Shown here piece by piece: positions 58,456 through 64,000 of a stretch of DNA of 64,000 bases (within the stretch, counting starts at the first letter, position 1; each line of letters opens with the position of its first letter). Under the pieces are notes generated by a model that worked only from the letters and a program-made list of their open reading frames with translations, was not told where the DNA came from and did not search any database. This DNA is from an uncultured Deferribacteres bacterium (GTDB lineage Bacteria > Zhuqueibacterota > JdFR-76 > DREG01), in contig CAJVYQ010000022.1 of assembly GCA_913009825.1 (NCBI GenBank), positions 3,870 through 67,869 of the forward strand. Direction: 5' to 3'. Both the position numbers and the translations under genes were made by a program.

Positions 58456-58896
58456 TTAGACCTTAACCCAGGAAGTACCCGACTTTTCCAGACTGTAATA
58501 GACCTTAATATCTTCCGTTTCCTCAAAGACCTGGGGAACCACCTGGAGTTCCATGCCGATCTCGATCTCCTCTTCTTTAATGGACTCGCCAAACCATGCC
58601 AATGCTCTGCCACCCTCTTCCATATCTACTACGCCCACGATGTAAGGGGCGGCATCCTCAAAACCGGTAGGCGCTGCCTCGACCTTTGTGAAGCTGTTGA
58701 GCCAGGCTTTCCCGCTCATCTCAAAAAACTCGAAATCCCCGCTCATGCACTTATCACAGTCGGCCCTGGGAGGAAAGGAGATAGAACCGCATTTTTTACA
58801 TTTCGATCCCATTAGATGACCGTCTTTTAGATAGCGGGCAAAGTCGCTTACTTTGGTATAAGGCGAATAATTAACTTTTCCGAACCATTTGAACAT
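58456..58896 (-). CDS. Zn-ribbon/OB-fold protein (DUF35-like; partner of thiolase-like enzymes)
   Basis: Rubredoxin-like CxxC...CxxC (KCKKCGSISFPPRADCDKC) followed by an OB-fold region; 4 bp downstream of the thiolase gene. Confidence 0.75.
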   Translation of the reverse strand: MFKWFGKVNYSPYTKVSDFARYLKDGHLMGSKCKKCGSISFPPRADCDKCMSGDFEFFEMSGKAWLNSFTKVEAAPTGFEDAAPYIVGVVDMEEGGRALAWFGESIKEEEIEIGMELQVVPQVFEETEDIKVYYSLEKSGTSWVKV

Positions 58897-58899
58897 TGT

Positions 58900-60057
58900 T
58901 TAATCCCTCCTCAAAACCTGGACAAAGCAGTACTGACCGATGCCTCCCACGTTGTGGGTGAGACCAATATCGGCGTTGGGGACCTGGCGCTCCCCGGCTT
59001 CGCCCCGTAATTGTTTGGCAATTTCATAAGTCATAGATACACCTGTGGCACCGATGGGATGCCCCTTTGCTTTTAACCCACCATCAACATTGACCGCCAC
59101 TTTCCCCCCGATATAGGTCTTGCGTTCGGCAATGAATCTCCCGCCTTCCCCTTTTTTGCAAAAGCCCAGGTCTTCATAAGCCATAATTTCGGCAATGGTA
59201 AAACAGTCGTGCACGTCGGCTACTTTAATATCGTCCGCCGTCACACCAGCCATCCGGTAAGCTTGGGCTGCGGCGGCTTCGGCACTGGGCAGGCTCGTCA
59301 GGCCCGGTCGTTTTAACACCGACATACTGGCAGTGGCACACCCCATACCGTCCAGCCAGACCGTCTTTTGAGAAATCTCCCTGGCTCTATCTTCGCAAGC
59401 CAGGATAATACATGCAGCGCCGTCCGCATTAGCACAGCAATCGTACACCTGCAGCGGTGATGCCACCTGGGCGGATGCCTTCGCTTTATCCATGGTGATC
59501 TCTTTGCGGAACAGGGCGTTGGGATTCTTTGCACCGTAAAAATGATTCTTTATGGCCACCTGGAACATCTGTTCGCGGGTGGTGCCGAATTCATGTATAT
59601 GCCGTTGGGCAAACAAGGCGTAGTAAGCGGGAAACGTTGTTCCAAAGACCGACTCCCACTGCACCTCACCAACCCTGCCCATGAGAGCCAGGATTTCCGG
59701 TGTGCTCAATTCCGTCATTTTCTGGCACCCGATGACTGCGACAATATCATGGACTCCCGCCTTAATTGACATCCACGCCGTGCGAATGGCTGCGCTTCCG
59801 GAAGCACAAGCCACCTCGGTGAGCCAGGTGGGTTTGGGCACAAGCCCCAGGTACTCCTGCACTACTCCCGCCAGGGAACGCTGCTTGTGGTATTCGGGAA
59901 CGGAACCGATAACCGACGCGTCCAGTTCTTTACGCTCGATCCCGGCATCTTCCAGCGCCGCTGCGAAGGCCTCGAAAGCCAGCTCCTGCACCGTAGCGTC
60001 GCTGCGCCTGCCGAATACGCCGTGACCTAAACCAATAATTCCGACTCGTTTCGTCAT
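58900..60057 (-). CDS. Thiolase-like protein (SCP-x/archaeal-type)
   Basis: Thiolase fold with active-site cysteine context (TEVACASGSAAI) and C-terminal GHPIGATG; lacks the classical biosynthetic thiolase signature. Confidence 0.75.
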   Translation of the reverse strand: MTKRVGIIGLGHGVFGRRSDATVQELAFEAFAAALEDAGIERKELDASVIGSVPEYHKQRSLAGVVQEYLGLVPKPTWLTEVACASGSAAIRTAWMSIKAGVHDIVAVIGCQKMTELSTPEILALMGRVGEVQWESVFGTTFPAYYALFAQRHIHEFGTTREQMFQVAIKNHFYGAKNPNALFRKEITMDKAKASAQVASPLQVYDCCANADGAACIILACEDRAREISQKTVWLDGMGCATASMSVLKRPGLTSLPSAEAAAAQAYRMAGVTADDIKVADVHDCFTIAEIMAYEDLGFCKKGEGGRFIAERKTYIGGKVAVNVDGGLKAKGHPIGATGVSMTYEIAKQLRGEAGERQVPNADIGLTHNVGGIGQYCFVQVLRRD

Positions 60058-60068
60058 TTACCGTCTCC

Positions 60069-60818
60069 TTAAATATACTGTCCGCCATCCACCTGGATAA
60101 CTTCGCCGGTGATGTGACGGGACCTATCCGAGCAAAGGAAAACCACCACATTTGCACACTCTTCGGGAGAGGCGATCCTTCCCAGCACGGTTTCATCCAC
60201 CGCCTTATTAAGAAACTCGGGCGGAATTTTTCGTGCCATCTCCGTCATCACCATGCCGGGCGCGACCACGTTGACATTCACGTTGAACTTTCCCAGTTCC
60301 CTTGCCAGGGATTTGCTCATTGCTATTTCGCCGCCCTTGGAGGCAGAGTAATTGACCTGACCAAACTTTCCCCTAAGCCCGTTGATGGAAGAAATATTCA
60401 CGATCTTACCGCTCTTTTGTGTCTTAAACACTGCCGCCGCCGCTCTGTTATAGTTGAAATAACCTTTCAGGTTCACGTTAATCACCCTATCCCATTGTTC
60501 CTCTGACATTTTCCAGATAACCCCGTCCCAATTAATCCCGGCATTACAGACCATTATATCCAACCGACCGAACTCCCTGACGACCGTATTTATCATATTT
60601 TGGCCGTCATTGTAACTGGCTACATCCGCTTTTACAGCCAATCCTTTGCAGCCCATCTCCTCGATCTTACAGATTACCTCTTTGGCTTCGGCATCGTGAC
60701 GCCGGTAGTTGATGGCAACATTACATCCCTCCTTTGCCAGTCCAAGGGCAATGGCAGCGCCGATTCCCAGACTGCCGCCGGTAACAATAGCACTTTTACC
60801 ATCCAAACCTAAATCCAT
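60069..60818 (-). CDS. Short-chain dehydrogenase/reductase (FabG-like)
   Basis: TGGSLGIG cofactor motif, NAG, S...YSASK catalytic tetrad, PG motif NVVAPGMVMTEM. Confidence 0.85.
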   Translation of the reverse strand: MDLGLDGKSAIVTGGSLGIGAAIALGLAKEGCNVAINYRRHDAEAKEVICKIEEMGCKGLAVKADVASYNDGQNMINTVVREFGRLDIMVCNAGINWDGVIWKMSEEQWDRVINVNLKGYFNYNRAAAAVFKTQKSGKIVNISSINGLRGKFGQVNYSASKGGEIAMSKSLARELGKFNVNVNVVAPGMVMTEMARKIPPEFLNKAVDETVLGRIASPEECANVVVFLCSDRSRHITGEVIQVDGGQYI

Positions 60819-61089
60819 AATTTATTTCTCCTCTTTTGTGCTATATGCAGTTTTTGCAGTTGAGAAAAAAATATTTTTCCCTGAATTTCCATTTTTTTTA
60901 TTGATAAATCGTAATTATTCAGCTAGCTAAATTTAACCACAGAGGTCGCAGAGAACGCGGAGTTTTTTTAAGCATTTTTATACCTTCATCAGAAAATTTG
61001 CTGTTTTCCTGAATTTAGCAAACATAGAAAACTAAATTTATTTTCTCAGCGTCCTCTGCGCTCTCCACGGTGAATAGCTGCGCTAAATC

Positions 61090-62847
61090 TTATGACTCAC
61101 GTAAATCAATAACATGGGCATCATCGGGCAAACCTTCAAATTGACCTTTAATCATGCAGTCGATGTACTCTTTATAATTTTTTTCTATGCTTCTCGGAAT
61201 AATCTTAAAAGAGGGAGTTAACTCATTCTTCTCTAAACTTAATTCCTGATCAATGAGAACCGCTTTTTCGATCCGTTCAAAATCCACGTTTAAGTGGCGG
61301 TTTATCTTGTGAAGGCATTCAGAAAAACATGTCGTCAGCAAATCTGATGTCCCGGGATGATTACATTCTGATTCATCCAGCACACTGATCCCGGTTGAAT
61401 CCAGAAGCTCATAGTTTGGGAAAAGCAAAGCAACAGGATGATCCTGTCCGGCGCCAAAAATGTAAGCATGTTTTATAAACTTACATAGATTTCCGATATT
61501 TCTTTCAAGCATTGAAGGAAATACTTTTTCACCATTATTTAATTTGAATATTCGATCTTTTCTTGCCTTGATTTTTAGACCGTCAGGGATGATTTCGCCA
61601 ATGTCGCCGGTCTTAAACCAACCGTCTTTATCAAGAACTTTAGCCGTTTCATCCGGCATGTTAAAATAACCTTGCATTACATTAGCCCCCCGGACTAAAA
61701 TTTCATCATCATCGCCTAATTTAATTTCTACACCGGGGATTGGAAATCCAACAACACCCGGTTTCCGATGGAGCAGCAGTTTTGTCAATGTGCAACAGGG
61801 TGAGGTTTCGGTTAGCCCCCATCCTTCGACGACGGGAATATCCTTTTGTTTAAAAACATCGGAAATAGCGAGAGACAAAGGCGCTGCTGCGGTAAACACA
61901 AATTTCAAATCTTTGTGAAAAAAAATATCTTCCGATTCTTTTGAAACCAGCACGCGGGAGATGATTTCTTTATACACCTTGGGTACACTAAAATAGATGT
62001 GTGGTTTAATTTCCGAAAAATTCTTAAACAAAATATCAATATCTTTGCCCCAGGAATCATCGACTGCCAGACAACCTCCCGAATGCAGGGCAAAGAAACG
62101 TTCAAACAGTCCGCCAAAGCTATGATGCCAGGGTAGATAGCACAAAAATCTCATGCCGGGGTCTGGATTCCACAGTGTCCGCAGCGCGCTTTGTTGAGAG
62201 AGTATATTATAATGCGTAAGTCTAACCCCTTTCGGAAAACGAGTGGTGCCCGATGTGAACATGATCAGACACGTATCGGTAGGTGCGATGTCTAAAAATA
62301 ACTTTTCAATGTTTTTCCTGTCCGCGGGAGACAGTTTGACTTTTCTCATAATATCATCGAAAAACTCAACATGTTTCTCAAAAGGATAAAACTTCCTCGG
62401 AAACTCCGGTGTTTCCATCACGACGAGATGCTTGTTTGCCACCGGCAAGTATTCAAGCCGCCAATAATTCACCAGAATGAGCATTTTAACTTCGGAAAAT
62501 TTAAGTAACTCGGACATCATCTTTTCTGTATAGCGATGAAAAATCGGAACGCTGATAAAGCCTGATGCCATGATTGCCATCTCAACGACTAAACGGTCGT
62601 AATAGTTACGACTGATCACGGCAATCCGATCTCCTTTCTTCAGTCCTTTATTTTTTAAGTAAAAAGAAAACTTGCAAATATCATTAACAAGCTTGGTCCA
62701 TGTCCAATATTGAAATTGGGCATCCATTTTCTGAGCAAATGCGGGCAGATCGCTATAGTTATCCTGATTGTTTAAGAACATGGTACCGATATTTTTGGTG
62801 ATTTTTCCCAATGGGAATTGTGAAGTTAAATAGTTGTTTTTAATCAT
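61090..62847 (-). CDS. AMP-dependent synthetase/ligase (acyl-CoA synthetase family)
   Basis: AMP-binding signature IMFTSGTTRFPKGV, downstream GWGLTE and C-terminal lysine region. Confidence 0.8.
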   Translation of the reverse strand: MIKNNYLTSQFPLGKITKNIGTMFLNNQDNYSDLPAFAQKMDAQFQYWTWTKLVNDICKFSFYLKNKGLKKGDRIAVISRNYYDRLVVEMAIMASGFISVPIFHRYTEKMMSELLKFSEVKMLILVNYWRLEYLPVANKHLVVMETPEFPRKFYPFEKHVEFFDDIMRKVKLSPADRKNIEKLFLDIAPTDTCLIMFTSGTTRFPKGVRLTHYNILSQQSALRTLWNPDPGMRFLCYLPWHHSFGGLFERFFALHSGGCLAVDDSWGKDIDILFKNFSEIKPHIYFSVPKVYKEIISRVLVSKESEDIFFHKDLKFVFTAAAPLSLAISDVFKQKDIPVVEGWGLTETSPCCTLTKLLLHRKPGVVGFPIPGVEIKLGDDDEILVRGANVMQGYFNMPDETAKVLDKDGWFKTGDIGEIIPDGLKIKARKDRIFKLNNGEKVFPSMLERNIGNLCKFIKHAYIFGAGQDHPVALLFPNYELLDSTGISVLDESECNHPGTSDLLTTCFSECLHKINRHLNVDFERIEKAVLIDQELSLEKNELTPSFKIIPRSIEKNYKEYIDCMIKGQFEGLPDDAHVIDLRES

Positions 62848-62853
62848 ATATAA

Positions 62854-63720
62854 TCAGCCTCCTTTTTCTTCTGAGGATTGAATAGATTGCTCTCTCAATT
62901 TTACATGACGAAAAGCGCCCCAGATTGCCGTCCCAATTGCGCCGGCAAAAACAGAAAGTTTATGAGTACAAAAACAAACGTTCATTTTCTCGTTTTCAGC
63001 CAATTCATGCATGGCTGCCACAAAACCTTTATTATTAGCTAATCCGCCGGTGATCATAACTTCGCCGCTTGCATTAAGACTGCGAAGTAAATTAATGAGC
63101 CGTCGTCCCATGGAAAGATGGATCCCCTTTAAAATATCGCCGGCAGGGATACCGCGACTGACCATGTTGATCACATCAGTTTCCGCGAGAACGGCGCAGA
63201 TTCCTGAAACCATCTCCGGCGAGGTGGATTGCATGGAAAGATCGCCCACATCTTCGAGAGGAATCCCCAGATAACGCGATATGTTTTCCAGGAATTGACC
63301 CGATCCCGAGGCGCACTGTGATGTCATTTTATATGCCAACACCTTTGAACGTGAGTCTACAACAAGAGCTTTGGCATGCAAAGCCCCCACATCTATAATC
63401 GCCCGGACATCCGGATTCAAAAACAAAGCGCCTCGTGAGTGAGACGTCATCGAGTAGAAATGTCCTCTCCGAAAATCCACCATCTCACCTTCACCGGTTG
63501 TGGCAATATAGGCAATGTCGCCGGTGGTCAGCTCTGCTTTCGACAATACATGTTCATAAGACTGTGAGATGACCTGCTTCGTATCTCTCTTCCTGATTTT
63601 GTTTAAATCTGTAGCAAGCAATTTTCCATTTTTACCGTTGTTATCAAATTCCATCACCACCGTTTTAATCGAGTTTGAACCGACATCGATTCCGGCGGTA
63701 TAAATTGTTTTCAGCCACAT
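62854..63720 (-). CDS. BadF/BadG/BcrA/BcrD-type ATPase (CoA-substrate-specific enzyme activase, HgdC-like)
   Basis: N-terminal ASKHA motif AGIDVGSNSIK, central GEGEM and C-terminal ITGGLANN. Confidence 0.7.
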   Translation of the reverse strand: MWLKTIYTAGIDVGSNSIKTVVMEFDNNGKNGKLLATDLNKIRKRDTKQVISQSYEHVLSKAELTTGDIAYIATTGEGEMVDFRRGHFYSMTSHSRGALFLNPDVRAIIDVGALHAKALVVDSRSKVLAYKMTSQCASGSGQFLENISRYLGIPLEDVGDLSMQSTSPEMVSGICAVLAETDVINMVSRGIPAGDILKGIHLSMGRRLINLLRSLNASGEVMITGGLANNKGFVAAMHELAENEKMNVCFCTHKLSVFAGAIGTAIWGAFRHVKLREQSIQSSEEKGG

Positions 63721-63905
63721 ATTTTTTCCGGTTTTTTTATTTTTTACCTAAATTGAGTGATTCTTAGCTTGAAACAACCACCCAAAGAGTTTTGTCATTC
63801 TGCCTGCCCGACCACAGGCGGGAAAGAATCTCGCTAGTTCTGTTCACTAAACCAACAAGATTCCTACGGAATGACATTAAAATCGCCCAATTTATTTTTC
63901 AGTTA

Positions 63906-64000
63906 TTACTTGCTGTTTCCGGCAAAAAGCGCCGCTCCGCAAGCGCCGGTATAGATGCTGTCCGGACTGACATTGATTTTAATATTACCGTAATTCTCTA
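63906..64000 (-). CDS. 3' end of a gene whose start lies outside the window (possibly another BadF/BcrAD-type ATPase)
   Basis: Minus-strand frame open to the window edge, ending ...ENYGNIKINVSPDSIYTGACGAALFAGNSK**. Confidence 0.3.
   Translation of the reverse strand, partial: ENYGNIKINVSPDSIYTGACGAALFAGNSK

Overview
64-kb bacterial chromosomal segment, with outer-membrane and LptD-like genes pointing to a Gram-negative organism; the phylum cannot be fixed from sequence alone. All calls rest on reading the six-frame translations and the nucleotide sequence by eye; no searches or folding were run. Most of the window is housekeeping: a 2-oxoacid dehydrogenase E2 tail plus E3, pdxB, tsaC, Trk K+ uptake, alanine dehydrogenase, rarA, ROK glucokinase, an LptD-like protein, an ECF sigma factor, acpS, nnr, a dinB-like/dnaE2 pair and an acyl-CoA metabolism cluster. 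Three tRNAs are present (Val-CAC on +, Glu-TTC and His-GTG on -). Interspersed are many short MITE-like repeats in at least three families, several gene remnants, and a decayed mobile-element patch (group II intron-like RNA with a truncated reverse transcriptase, a tyrosine-recombinase fragment and an internally deleted IS91-family transposase). The most unusual locus is a tightly packed four-gene minus-strand operon at 22504-28045: a large TPR protein, a J-domain-like protein whose HPD motif reads PPE, a GrpE-domain protein with an extra N-terminal domain, and a short Hsp70-family ATPase. No CRISPR array or rRNA gene was seen.
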